The position numbers and the translations under genes were made by a program. A stretch of 64,000 bases of DNA from Podarcis cretensis (lineage: Eukaryota), in NCBI GenBank assembly GCA_951804945.1, contig OX638150.1, forward strand, positions 84,630,001-84,694,000, in the 5' to 3' direction. This document shows positions 47,386 through 60,700 of this stretch, piece by piece. The notes below the pieces were generated by a model. It searched no databases. It was not told the origin of the DNA and worked only from the letters and a program-made list of their open reading frames with translations. Position 1 is the stretch's first letter; each line of letters starts with the position of its first letter.

Positions 47386-48770
47386 GTTTGTATTGTTTCA
47401 AAACATTCAGTTCTGTTCAAGTGAAATCTGAACAATTCAATACTGTGAGCATTCCTGTGAGAAAGAGTATACCTTCATGTATACAGAACACATTTTTTAA
47501 TGCACCCCAACTTAAATTCTGCAACTTTTTAAAAGTGTTCTATTTGTCTTAAGCATCCCTCCTATACAAATGTAAACCAATGTACCTTTTGGATCGATAT
47601 GCAATCATGTAACAAGGTCACTATCCTTTTTTGTGGATTTTAGAATTTACATGTTAAACTGGAATTTGTGTTTGATAATTGGGTAGCTTAAACTACTGAC
47701 TTTTGATGGACATTTTTTAGACTGGAAACTTTTTAAATTTAGCTGTAGAAAATCACTTTGGCTATTGCCAGTTAAAGTTCTTCTGTAAAGAAAATGAGGT
47801 AAAACTGGTACTTACTGTGCCTTTTGTATACTTGATTTTTTTTAAAAAAAACGTAACATTGAAAACTCTCAAGCGTTACAGCTAAACACTAAAACACCAT
47901 AACAGAAAGCTTGGCGGTTTACATTAGCAGAAAATGAAAACTGCAAGGGGTATCAAACTGTTTCTGGAAGTCTTTGCCTCTTTTGCTGTGTACAGTTACG
48001 ATGCTAGCTTACTTTAACCATGATTGTTGTGATTGACGGGATGCCAAATTAGCTGATATTCTGCCACAGGTGCGTTTTGCTGGGTGCTTGGTCGGTTGTG
48101 TGACACACAGTAGGTGCAACATGCAGGAACTCAGTTTCTCCCAAGAGTTACCTACTTGTTTCTGCACTCAGTGTAAAATTCATGCTTGTGCAGCTCACAC
48201 CTTGGCTATGCTAGAAAGACATTTATCTCCAGCACACGAGGCTCTTAGTTGAGTAACAAAAAGTAGCTTCTGACTTGCTCATCGTGTCCCTGATCATGAT
48301 GATGTGAAAACTAGCCTAGTCAGTCAGACAATATTAAGTGTACCTCTGAATGTTTCTGCTAATGGTGCGAGTTTATTGAGCCTGTTCATGCACAAAGTGT
48401 TTATCCCCTTCATTGTTTTGGGATAAGGGAATGAGCACGCGGTCATTCCAGATTTCAAAAAACATTCCAGGTATGCAACTAATGGTTACTACAAAACTCC
48501 TGTGGCTTTTAGCAGATTTTCTCTTTCTCAAAGAGCTTTAAATGTGCCTAATGGAAGAAGAGACTTGATGGAAATTCGTTCCCTCTGTTTAGAGAAAGAT
48601 TTCTACTTGGTCAGCTTTATTTTTGTAGTAGTATGTCAGTGCACTAAGTCTGAGCACAGCTTCTTGGAGGAGGAGCTTGAGTAACAAGACATCCTTTTTT
48701 CTTTTTTTTTACTGTGCTCTGTGCCTTAATGTGAAATGCTCACTACATTGTAAACTATAAGGAAAAGCAG

Positions 48771-48852
48771 AATAAACTGGAATAATTGCAAGATTGTAAT
48801 ATTGTATCCCATAACTTATTAAAAACCATGAATGTTGGCTTCATGAAATAAA
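48771..48852 (+). terminator. FLNB polyadenylation signal cluster (AATAAA 48771, ATTAAA 48818, AATAAA 48847)
   Basis: Hexamers ~1.4 kb past the stop, followed by a T/GT-rich tract near 48890-48905. Confidence 0.6.
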
Positions 48853-49306
48853 ATGTGCATGTTAAAAACAAACTCAGGTGGGCTTTAAGTATTTTTTTTG
48901 GTTTTGCCATGACTCATGTCTGTCTAAATGGACCAACTTTGAAATAGCATAAGGCAACAAAGTGCCTTACAATAGTACGGAGATCTTGAACATGGACCAT
49001 AATTGGCAGTGGTAAAAGCAGATGTGGTCTTTCGTTCATCATGCATGATTTTAAGCATACAGGCTCCCTAGCTCTCAAGACTGTCTCTGTGGCTGAGTTA
49101 GGTATGCTTTGTCTTTTCCACAGATTTTTACACTAAATATTCTAGGTCTTGTGCTGTGAAAACAAGCTAGCCCTTGGTCAAGTATTTAGCTCTTAAGCCT
49201 CCTACTTGTTTGCATGGCTCTGCCGAAGTCTACCCCTAATCCCTAAAATCATTTGGTTCTTGCCATGCCATTGAAAGGCACCCTGGAGATATGAATTTTT
49301 GGGAGG

Positions 49307-49380
49307 GGGTGTAGTTCAGTGGTAGAGTATACACTTTGCATTCAGAGGAACCCAGGTTCAAATCCTGGCTTCTCCAAATA
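49307..49380 (+). mobile_element. tRNA-derived SINE head (not a tRNA gene)
   Basis: A-box tagttcagtgg, B-box ggttcaaatcc, degenerate stems, multiple copies in the window. Confidence 0.6.
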
Positions 49381-49479
49381 AAGACCAGGTAGCAAATTAT
49401 GTAAAATGCTTCTTTTTTCAGAGCTGCTGTCAGTTGACCGTAGCCAGCTTTCCCCTAACCCAGTGCCTTCCTGTTTTTT

Positions 49480-49510
<31 letters not shown>

Positions 49511-49664
49511 GAGCACTCAGTGCCTTCCTGTTTTTTGGACTACCAACTCATATGCACCCCAGTTATCATGGCCAATGGTTGGGATGGTGGGAGCTGGTAA
49601 TCCAAAACATTGGGAGGGCACCAGGTTGAAAAAGTCTGAGCTGTGTTGACATAAAAATTTATAA

Positions 49665-49955
49665 TAATAATAATTTATTATTTATACCCCGCCCATCTGG
49701 CTGGGCCTCCCCAGCCACTCTGGGCGGCTTCCATAAAAACCAAAAATACAGTAAAATATCACACGTTAAACACTTCCCTGAACAGGGCTGCCTTAAGATG
49801 TCTTCTGAATGTCAGGTAGTTGTTTATCGCTTTGACATCTGCTGGAAGGGCGTTCCACAGAGCGGGGGCCACTACCGAGAAGGCCCTCTGTCTGGTTCCC
49901 TGTAGCTTTGCTTCTCGCAATGAGGGAACCGCCAGAAGGCCCTCGGCGCTGGACA
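49665..49955 (-). mobile_element. L2-like LINE 3' end with (AAT)n tail
   Basis: ORF 49759-49956: 'RAFSVVAPALWNALP...FRRHLKAALF'. Confidence 0.75.
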
Positions 49956-51431
49956 TGGAAGCAGCTCATCAGCATTTTATTCAGAAGTTTTTCCAACCTG
50001 CTCTGGAAATGCCAGGAATGGAACCCAAGATTTCTGCTTGCATAGAATGCACCCTTCTTCTGAGCTATGGGTGATGGGGACAGTGTATGTGGAATTTATC
50101 AGTCTTTGTAACTAGTGCTACCATCGAACCAGAAGTAATGATTGCTGTTTTTGTTTTGTTTGCAATGTTCTTTTTTCGGTGCTAATATTCTTCCACTGTG
50201 GCCCTCGCTTAAAAGGGCTGTGCCATGTTTTCTAATAGATGTCAGATTCTCACATCTGTGGGCAGTTAATAGCTAGAGCTACATACAAAAGCTTTCACTG
50301 TTTTCCATGCCACTCCTAGGCACACACCACAGTTTCAAAGTTCAGTGTTATGAATTTCTTCAGAATATTCTCTCTCCTCTTTATATTAGTTTACTCACTA
50401 TGTACTCTTTGAAACTTGGGTGGAGGCCTGGCATTTGAATCTTATAATTTATGGCTTAACTCCAGAGGTCTAAAACTTTCCCATTTCTTTATGGGTGTGG
50501 TAGTTCTTGCATTGCGATGAAAGCATTAGAGGAGGAAACCAAATGGCTGGCATGGAGTTCATCTCTATACAGCTGCCTTACCCATCTCTCTGCTACAAAT
50601 GCTTTTGATTCTGTTATTTTAAGATGCTTTGCTTTTAAAGGGCAACTGCTCAAATTAAGACCATGGGACAAGAAAGATAGAGGGAGTACCTTTGCATGCA
50701 TTTTAATTTCCTCTCTGTAGCTGTGTGCTATATACATTTCTCTGAAAAAGATTTATCCCCCTACTGTGCTACCTTTCAGCTATCACTATGACTACTGCGT
50801 TGTAAGGCAGGGGGCTTTTAAGAAGGTGTTTGAATTCTTTGTGTAACACACAGAGAGCCAGTCAAACCTTGCCTGCTTTGGGGCTGTATTACGCACCCAA
50901 ACCCCAGGGTGGGTTTTGAGCAAGGGCACACAGCCAGTTTTGTGGTTTCAGAGAGAGAAATCACAGGCACCACATGGAATGGTAGCCAATCTAACTTTTT
51001 GTGGCTTCCGCTGAGTTTGGCTTTGATTTTCTTTGGGTTGAGTCCAATGCAACTTAAAATTGGGGAAATGAAGATTGGCAAATCTCCTGCTTGCTTGTGC
51101 ACAACTTGCATTCAAGATGGACTGCTAACTTCCAACCAAGTGTTTTTGTTTTGCAGCAATTGTAGCTGCAAAGAAGCCCACCTAAGGTTTTCAACATTTC
51201 ACCAAAAACAAACCCTTCCAATGCAGCTTTATGCCTTGTAGTCACCTAGTTGCAGGAGGTGTGAGTGTCAGAGGGAGAGTGAGAGCGCACACAGGCCCTG
51301 TTCAGAGGCTGTAATTTGAGAATAGCTTCACTGGCCCTTTTGTGTATGTTTCCTTGGACACCAGAGGCAGGAAGTAACATTTGCCGAGCACACGGTGGTC
51401 ACCACACAGACTCTGCCATCTCTCTGGGGCT

Positions 51432-51891
51432 ATGAGGGGCCTGCTGACCACGCGGGAGCAAGATGGCTGGAGGGAGCTTATTAACAAGGAGGCCTCCTGC
51501 AGGGTCAACTGGAAGGCAAAATACGGTCACAAATACCCCAGGCGCGTGACTGACTATGGGGTCACCAAAAGGAAGTGTTTCTTGCCTGCCATCTGCCCTC
51601 CTGAGAAGAGTGCAAGCTCCCTCCGGTGTCAAGAAGTAACTCTACAAAAAGAGGACAGGCGGCAGCTGTCAGGGAAGGAGGAGAAGCAGGAGGAGGAGGA
51701 AGGCCCAAGCCTTCAGGAGCCTCTTCCCGAGATGAGGGTTCCCACACCACAGACAACTCAGCTGCTATACCAGGGCTTTTCCCATGAAGGCAAAGGGAGG
51801 CATCACTACCTCAAGCAGAGGAAGATGAAGAGCCCTGAGGAGAAATTCTGCTACCCAGTGCTGTCGTCGTGGGAATATGGCTGGCGCTTAG
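51432..51891 (+). CDS. SPMIP1/ATP6V1FNB-family protein, coding exon 1 (MRGLLTTREQDGWRELINKE...LLYQGFSHEGKGRHHYLKQR...YPVLSSWEYGWRL)
   Basis: Motifs W.E...KE...R..W..KY, LLY.G.SH...GR..YL..R and P.E....P...S..YGW.LG are typical of the family (recalled); donor ag|gtaaga. Confidence 0.85.
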
Positions 51892-53110
51892 GTAAGAGTA
51901 ATGAACCAGTAATGGCTATTGCATGGATCCCAGAGCATGAGAGGCATGCAGTAGGCTTAAGAGAATGCTTCACCAGTGACGACGAAATATTTCAAGTTGC
52001 TTCTGCCTCCCCTGCTTTAATTGTCTTTGTGAGGGGAAATTATTATGGTGGAATGCAGTGTAGCGCTGTCTGTTGTCCATATGTAATCTCCCCCACCATG
52101 ACATGCTTAAATTTGTTGTAGGACTTCCCCTGATCTCTAGCAGATTTGGGAAGGCACAGGGCACTAACAGGATGTGTCCCTGACAGCTGTCTGTCTTTCC
52201 TTATGCACACATGCCAGCTCCTGAACAGTTTTAAATATGGTGTCCCACTTACACATTGGCAAAAAACCCGAGGAAATGTATCTCCTCAAAAGAGGCCAGA
52301 AATCAGCGCAGTATTTAGCATAAGGTAATTTATATGTTTGCAAATTTGACAATAATTAGTATAGGTCAAATGGGAAGACTGTGACCAGGTATCAGTTGTT
52401 GATTGACAACTCTATTGATGTCTGTCTCTTTTGGAGCAGACTGTTCTTCAGTAGAGGACTGTCCTCTGGAAAGTAGACCACATGGTCACCCTCCCTTTTA
52501 AGCTTTGTTCAGAAATGCTAAATTGTGCCTTCCGCTTGCTCTAGTTGCCCTATTCCTGCCTTTCTATCTGTTACCACTTAGCAGCCTTCTTATTTCATTC
52601 TGCATAAGCCCCCAGCAAACCACTGAATTGCCAGCTAAGCATTATTCCGTGAGTCACGGTGACAGAAGCCAATCTAGTTCTGTATGCCAGAGTCTGAATA
52701 ATGTTTCATTTGCTTACATGGTGACTTTGCTCTGAGCGTAAGTGTTAAGAAGAAATACAAAACAGCAAGAACTAAATAAAGTGAAGCACAAGCTGGTGGT
52801 GTTTGCCTGGGATGACGCCACCTTTACAGAACCCACTTCAGAGTCCAAATCCCCACGCAGTCATGAACCTTTGGTCAGGCACCATCTTTCAGCCTAACCT
52901 GCCTCAGAGGGTGGTTGCGAGGATAAAATGGAAGGAGGGGGAAGCCACATTTCAGCTCCTTGGAGGAAATGACTGCCTGCCTGCCCCCTGAATGGTAGAA
53001 ATTAGGCAGGTAAGGCTTTTAAGATAAAATGAGGGCAAGGGTGCACCTGCTGAATTTCTGTATAGTCTGCTGCTTTTACAGACAGGGAAAAAGTTTGCCA
53101 TCATCTAAGC

Positions 53111-53246
53111 CAGGCATAGGCAAACTCTGCCCTCCAGATGTTTTGGGACTACAACTCCCATCATCCCTAGCTAACAGGACCAGTGGTCAGGGATGATGGG
53201 AGTTGTAGTCCCAAAACATCTGGAGGGCCAAGTGTGCTTATGCCTG
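53111..53246. mobile_element. hAT-type MITE in the SPMIP1-like intron
   Basis: Same family; TSD atctaagc/agctaagc. Confidence 0.83.
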
Positions 53247-53860
53247 AGCTAAGCATTTATATCTTTTATTAATGGTGGAACTAAGCTGCTGTTTTGTGCA
53301 TTATTGTTTTATGGAGCAGAGTTTTGTTCAGTGGGAGCTATAAAGCACTGCAGCTCTTCAGATCTATCAGCCTCATTCCAAAAGACCCAAACAGGTTTTA
53401 GTGCTTTCTCCTTCAGTTAAGAGCACATGCTGTAAACGCAGGCAACTGAACGATAATCTTGGTCATTTGATTGCCCTTTTTACCCATTGTTGTCTTTTTA
53501 ATTGTATATATTGCTTGTTTTATGTTGCTATGGCCGTTGGCTAATGCGAGTAAAGTTTATCTATCTATCTACAGCATAGGCGGAACTACCTGAGCAGCCC
53601 TGGGAAGGCGATGTAGTCATCACAGCTACAGGTGGTGAACTCATGATGATTTGTATGGCAGTCAGTTAAATGCCTGGTGATGATTTCACCAAATCCAGGA
53701 AATGGATGACAGGTTTATACTGCTCCTTGCTTATCAGTTTACAAATTGTGACTGTTCTGTAAGGGAATCTGAAAATCACATCATGTGGCAGCTGGCATTC
53801 TGCTTTAGGTTATCTTAGGCATGCAAATTTTAACGCACAATTACACATTTATTTTTCCAG

Positions 53861-53979
53861 GAGACGTGGTTAAGGACATGAGGACACCAATCCATGGCAA
53901 ATCCCGAATTGTAAAGGATACTTTCTACTTCAAAAACGGAATTTTCTATCATCCATCAAAAACTGACAAGCTGTCATGA
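53861..53979 (+). CDS. SPMIP1/ATP6V1FNB-family protein, coding exon 2 (GDVVKDMRTPIHGKSRIVKDTFYFKNGIFYHPSKTDKLS*)
   Basis: tttttccag| acceptor; phase 1 matches exon 1; family C-terminal 'F..KNG.F' motif; total 192 aa; absent from the ORF track. Confidence 0.83.
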
Positions 53980-55975
53980 ATATTATTGCTAAGTGACATG
54001 TGGAAATGTTTGTGCAATGTTGCCTAGCATGGATATTTGTTGTGGTATTGGATCAGACAACCCTCTATAATTACTTCCCTCCATAATTACTCCATCAGAT
54101 TTAGTACTTGCTTCTAGACTTCCTTTCCCTGTAGCATGTAGCACTGCTTCTTGTGTAATAGATGCACAGCACCTATCATTCTGGCAGAGTAACTTACTGG
54201 GTTCTGTGTCAAGGATGTGTATACAACCTTGCATACATTTGGAACCAGAGTCTGATTTAGAGCCAATTAATTCATATGGCTGTTGTGATGTTTCTTGTGA
54301 TAGTTTCCTTTTGTGGTGACACCTTGAATGAAGACCTGCCATAGGCTGATTTTTTTTAAAAGCACCTATCAGTTTATACCAAGATGAAATTAGAGAACTG
54401 CTTTGAAATTCAAAAAGGGTGCAGGTTTGTAACAAAAACTTTTGTGACAGAGTATTCCCAGTTCTCCAGGTAGTGGATCTATGAAAGACCTTTGACTGAG
54501 GCCTTGGAGGGCAACTGGCAGTCAGAGTAAACAGTATAGGACTAGATAGACCAAGTCTGCTCCATTAGTGATTGGGTACATTATCGTATTCTTCCCTGGA
54601 GGTTGTGTGAGCTGTTGTATTGGTTCTTAGTCGTGGGGTGGAGTACCACAATGACTTTACTATTTTCACTCATGGGAACGAACCCATCATTCACTTGTAT
54701 AATAAAGGTAGACCATGAGGAATTTATAGCCGCAATTATGTGTATGTCAGACATGGGTATGCTGATCAGCTGATCAGTCATGGAGACAACGAACTAATGG
54801 TGAGCAAAAATTCACAGGACACAGCCCTCGGAGACGGGTAGCTCTGTGGTTTTTGCTATTTTTCCTAGAGCTCTTCAGACATGGATGTGAATGACTTGTG
54901 AGAGTACCCTGGTTTCTTCAAAAGATCATGTGAGAAAGCCATGCTTTGCTGTCATATCCACAGCAAAGCTCAGATTGAGCAGGAAATTGATCCATGAGCC
55001 AAGGTTGCTGCCTGCAGGGGACAGAGGCCCCCAAGTGAGGTGAACCTGGGGCTACCAGAATTCCCTTGTTTTTCTAAGGGTTATTTTCAGATACGTGATT
55101 CCCCACTCCATAGAATAGTCATGACTGCCTCAGAATGCCCCTTGTTTCGAAAGCTTTTTGCTGACAGGCCTCCATTGCTCCCAACTGCTGCGTTACAGCC
55201 AGGAGAGTGAACAAAAGCTCTGTTGTTACTCGCAGCTCGAACAAGCCTGGCTGAAAAACATGAGATTTAAAATTAAAATGGGGGTTTGTGTGGGTGCTCA
55301 TGCTTTTAAGGGTGCATAAGGCAGGCATGCTTTTCACGGTTGTCTCCACAGCTACGACATACACGTATTTTATATGAAAATTGAGATACCCGAAAAATTG
55401 AAGGTGCTCCCTGGAGCCAAGACAAACTGTGCTGCTGCAACTCACAGCTTGTGTTACACTCATTCTATATACACTCATACAATGGACTTTGTAACTTCAG
55501 CTACTCTCCCTATTTGATCCGGAACCAGGGTGGTGATAATTTTTCTTTCTTTCTTGGCTTTGTTTGCTTGAGAAGTCGAAGAGATCCAGTGACTCACTGC
55601 TCCACAGAGACCACTTGACTAGAACAAAATAGCATAAAACAAAAGAGCTGCAAAATAAATTTAGTGAATAGAACCATAAATTTATGTGTGCTAATGTATC
55701 TAAAAGGTGGCTCTTTTTCAAGTATATGTGAATAATTTCATAGTGTCTTATGTCTCACTTGACTGAAATTTGATAGTAACATGAAATATACTTTCAGTGT
55801 TGTGATTTACTACAGGAATGTTGTCCAATGGGCCAGCAGGGAATAAGGGATGAAAATTTCAGTCCATGTGTGATATATATTGCTGATATTTTATCTGCTC
55901 TCAGTAAAGCCACAACTTAGTCCTGCGATTCAGCTTATGCCGATCCATGGACTGAATAACAGGCTGCGTCTAGAC

Positions 55976-56111
55976 CAGGCACCCCCAAACTCGGCCCTCC
56001 AGCTGTTTTGGGCCTACAACTCTGATCATCCCTAGCTAACAGGACCAGTGGTCAGGGATGATGGGAATTGTAGTCCCAAAACAGCTGGAGGGTTGAGTTT
56101 GGGGATGCCTG
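55976..56111. mobile_element. hAT-type MITE
   Basis: Same family; perfect TSD gtctagac. Confidence 0.88.
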
Positions 56112-57761
56112 GTCTAGACCAATACTTACTCCATTTCATTTTGGTTTTAGGCTTCACCATCTCTTTGCATTTCTCTGGACAGGGCTCAGGATGGATAGCA
56201 GTATGATAATTATTCTACACCCTCCCTGACTAGCAAATAACAATTTAATAAAAACATCTTCTGGAGGTGTATATATGGACGTAGGAAGCTGCCTGAATTC
56301 AGATCACTGGTCCATCTAGCTGAGTATTCTCTGCACTGGCTGGCAGCAGCTTTCCAGGGTTTCAGACGTTACTTTTTTCTAGCTGTACCTGGAGATGTCA
56401 GAGATTGAACATGGGAATTTCTGTTATGCAAAGCAGAAGTTCTACCACTGAGCTATGGCCCTTTCTCATGCTTGGCCATTGGAAATCTCTTCCCCTAAAG
56501 ACTCGCTTCCTCTAAAGACCCCTAAAGTTAAGGAAAAGCCACAGGGAGCCCCCTCTTTCTGTGCAAAGTCAGTGAACTTAAGAGAACACATCAATTTCTG
56601 GGAAGGCAAGTGTAGGATTTTATTTTCCCCTGCAATTTCTATATGTGCATACACATGAAGGATGAATTAATGATTCACAGGAAGACCCACAACCACCACA
56701 CAAGCAAATCAGGATTAACACTGTCATATAACTGCCCTGCGAACGAAGTGGAACAAAAGCAGGATGAATGTCCAATAAGCCGGTTGTCTGAATGAGCCCC
56801 ACATCTGAAACTGCGGCTTGCCTTCTGTGGTTATGTTACCTTAGGCAGCATTTCAGCTAGGAAATGACATCTACATTACACATAGATTTTGTATTTGAGA
56901 GTGCAATATTATTTTGATGATGGCAAATAAACAAGGTGATCTGTAAATTAAGCACAGCTTTCTTTGGAGATCCCTTCAGAAATACGGACCAAGGAGGAAG
57001 CAGCATGATGGGGCCAAACTATTTTTTGGCATCCTAATCTACAGTGAGCCATCTATTTTAAAAGGTTATCAAAATAGCTTCACTGAAACTTGCTTGCTTA
57101 TTTGTTTTATCTTCCCAGAATTGGTAGTATTTCCTGCACAGGAATTTTTAAGCAGAAGCAGGCCTTTATATCAAATCCTGCAATTAATTTGTCTAATTAG
57201 TTTACATAGAAGCTATAGCAAATATGCTTTTTAGTATTTTAGCCTCATTTCATAAAATAGCACATGCATGAACATTTAGAGGTGAGGGCTTGAAGCTGTG
57301 CTAATTTGTACAGGAGGAAGGGCGTTGTGAAGAGTCACTAGTAGAATGACAGGAGTGTTGTCTTTGGATGTGGTTAGCCAGCTTTTTAATCCCCCTTTAG
57401 CTATGAAGCTGCATGGGAGGCTTAGAAATCAGACTAGTCAGGAAGCCAGAGAAGAAAAGCAGCAAGAGGAAACTCCTGACTCTGTCCAGACACAACTAAG
57501 CCTAGTGCCACCTAGTGACTAAAGGTTATATTCAAAGAAGGGCTAAGTCATGTCCCTATTAGTGCAAGGATTTCTGCTTGAACTACAAAACTCACCCTGT
57601 GTGCCCCTTAAATTTGTGCTAGGGGTTCTGTCAACACCCTGGAGCAGATGTGGGGAGGGGGTGGGGGGGTGGGGAGAGGGGGAAAGTCCCACTGCCCAAA
57701 TAGATACCCATGCACTGTAGAGACACATTTATTGCAGACCACCCTACAAAAATAGAATATA

Positions 57762-57980
57762 CAGTGGTACCTCCAGTTGTGGACGGGATCCTTTCCGGAG
57801 CCCCAGTCAGATCTCGAGGTTTCTGCAACTGGAGGTGCCGCTTCTGCGCATGTGCATGGCGCGAAAAAGCGCTTCTGCGCATGCGCACATGGCGAAACCT
57901 GGAAATATACTTCTGGGTTTGCCGTGTGTGTATCCCGAAGGATACGCAAGAAGAGGTGCACGTAAGTAAAGGTACCACTG
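57762..57980. mobile_element. Tc1/mariner (Tigger-like) MITE
   Basis: TA|cagtggtacct ... aggtaccactg|TA. Confidence 0.82.
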
Positions 57981-59353
57981 TAATCCCCAGCATGAGGTTT
58001 ACAGTGAGTTTGTAATTTGAAAGTAAAACCTATAGTCTAGAACGCTCATACACAATTAAAACAAACAAACCACTATTCTCTTCTGTGTTAACAATGATCA
58101 AATATTTGCACAAAGAGAATGGGAGAGGTTTAGAGGCATTTTAAACTTCACATAGCATAAACATTCCCAAGAATGTGAGCTGAGAACTAAGTGGTTGAAA
58201 TGTCACAACTATAAATTGCACTAGGGGTGTCTTAGGCCAGGCACGATCTTGCAGCCTCAGCTTCCCCATGTGGACTGTGGGGATAATACTGACCTGGCCT
58301 ACGTAACAATAATCCTCTTACAGAGCAATCTTTTAGTTTGATGGGACTTATTAATTTGCTCATTTAAGATTGCAGCCTTAGCTAACCTGCTTCACAGGGT
58401 TGTTGTGAGGCAAAATGAGAACTGAGTGTACACTGCACCGAGCCATTTGAAGGATACAGGTGTGACACATAATGCTGAAGATGGGATAGTTTCAATACAG
58501 AAAAAGGAATATTGCGATTTTACTCAGACAGACTTAATATTTGTACCACATTGTGGAAAAGTTTGGGGAATTATTCTGATCCTCACACCTGTGTTCATTC
58601 CAATGGCTCATTCATTTTTATCTGTATACATTTTTAAAAGACTATATGTTATTGCAGGACTGTGAAAAAGATGTGGTTAGAAATCTGTGCACTAAATATG
58701 GCCACAGCCTGAAATAAGAACCTGGGTGGTATTAGCAGCAGCCAGCCATAAAATCAACACCACCTTTCTCAATGGCCACAGAAAGATTTTTCTTCTTCAC
58801 TTTCCCCCACCCGCTTAATGCATCAGGATGTATACAATTTGTGGAGGTGACATATTTCAGGTATCTACAAGGGGCATGTAGGTTACGAACAGAAAAGCCT
58901 GGGTGAATCCTTGACATTTCTGCTCTAGCAAAAAAAACAAAACAAAACACTTGTGTTTACTTTGGCATTACAAGATATACTTACTTTTTGCTTGTTTTTG
59001 TCCTCATGGGCTATGCTGAGCTATAAATGGCAGGAGGACAAGGGGGCACATTGTGGCTGGGTGGCTAAAGGCCAAGCAGTTGAAAAGTTATGGTTTTGAT
59101 TTAAATTGACAAGTTAACACTGCTTAGTTTTATTCTTCTCATTTCTAATTGTTGTGGTTTGTTTTTTTTAATTCCCGCTTCAGAAACAGGGATTTGAGCT
59201 TTCAGATCTGGCATAAGAGGAGGGGGGTCCTCAGCTTCCTCCAGACTCTTCTAGTCTCTCTTGCTTGTTATTCTCCACTTTGGTGGTCAGGCAACCCAGA
59301 GTGAGAAATCAGAACTTGTTCCATTATTCGGCTGAATATACATTACAATGTTA

Positions 59354-59572
59354 CAGTGGTAACATATGCTTCGGGTTACATACGCTTCAGGTTACAGACT
59401 CCGCTAACCCAGAAATAGTACCTCGGGTTTAGAACTTTGCTTCAGGATGAGAACAGAAATCGTGCGGCAGCGGGAGATCCCATTAGCTAAAGTGGTACCT
59501 CAGGTTAAGAATAGTTTCAGGTTAAGAATGGACCTCCGGAATGAATTAAGTACTTAACCCGAGGTACCACTG
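59354..59572. mobile_element. Tc1/mariner (Tigger-like) MITE
   Basis: TA-flanked; interior similar to the 17220 copy. Confidence 0.82.
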
Positions 59573-60631
59573 TACTTCAAAACAGGAGAATAAAATTTAA
59601 AACATGGCAAAAATTGTTTTATGGGAGGCGGATTAATGATGTCACATCTACAGCCCCATCAGCACTAGAGATGGAAGGATTTGTCAATTTTGTTTCTTTC
59701 GATTTCTCATTTTTTCATTCTTAAATTCAATCATGCAGCAACTAGCAATTTGAAAAAAATAAATCATGAAAATTATTCAGCATTTTAGTTTGAATTTCTC
59801 CTAAGACACATATTTGTATACAGTTTTGAATAATGTATGCATTTTTGCTAGTGATTTCTCCTAATACAATGCACTTTAGTACATAATTTCCAGCAATAGA
59901 TGCATTTTTGTAAATATTGTTTGGCTGGAGAACTCCTTTGAAAAATTCAGATAAGTGCAGATTTCGATGGCTATACTTTTTTGGTGCTGACATTGTTTTG
60001 GAATGTATGAAATCAATTGTACTTTAATGAAACTGAATTGAAATCTCTCCCTTTCTTAACCAACTCTACACAAATGACTTCTGCTGTAGAGTGAATTGGG
60101 ATTCAGCTACACGGCTGCAAATAAAACATCTTAAATGTTTTGTAGAGTGCAATATACAAATGTGACACTAGATGACGAAAGTGAGCTATGTAAAATTCAA
60201 TGTGTTTTTCAAAATGTTTTTTTTAATTAAAAAAAGCATTTTCACAGCGTTTTTATCTATGTGTAGATTCCACCTTAGTTTCCCCTGAGCTTGATCCAGA
60301 AGATATGATTGTTTAGAAATGCAAACACAGTGAGTTGCACTTCCACAGTGGGTTGTTCATTGCTAAAATAATTGACATCTGAATATAATGCTTTTCTCTG
60401 CAAAGATGCACAATGAGGTCATACCAAAACTTTAAATGTATCTCTTTTATAGGCCAATTTGGCTTACCCTGAAGAATCATGGGAATTATAACGACTGTCT
60501 ACTCAAACTAGACTCACTGAAATGAATGGACTTCAGTTAGCCATGGTCATTCATTTCAGTTGGTTTACACTGAGTGAATATGACCCATAGCTTGGTGGTG
60601 TGATGAAAACATAGCAAAGCTTATGCTGGGA

Positions 60632-60700
60632 TTCCTTCCTTCCTTCCTTCCTTCCTTCCTTCCTTCCTTCCTTCCTTCCTTCCTTCCTTCCTTCCTTCCT
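60632..60700. repeat. (TTCC)n microsatellite
   Basis: Direct reading. Confidence 0.95.

Noticed and set aside
49307-49380. Possible tRNA-Ala(TGC) gene
   Set aside because: Stems are mismatched and several degenerate copies occur in the window; it is a SINE head.
51241-51253. RFX X-box-like sequence (gtcacctagttgc) upstream of the SPMIP1-like gene
   Set aside because: Only one half-site matches well; too weak without conservation data.
51381-52121. 246-aa single-exon ORF from the ORF track
   Set aside because: It starts at TTG and reads through a strong donor at 51892. Family similarity begins at ATG 51432 and continues in exon 2 at 53861.
55747-55762. cttatgtctcacttga is complementary (15/16 plus one G:U) to the FLNB editing-site junction tcaggtgagacataag (40437-40452)
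   Set aside because: It lies 15 kb away, beyond the FLNB poly(A) signals and the next gene, so it is unlikely to be in the same pre-mRNA. A nearer candidate exists. Treated as chance unless conserved.
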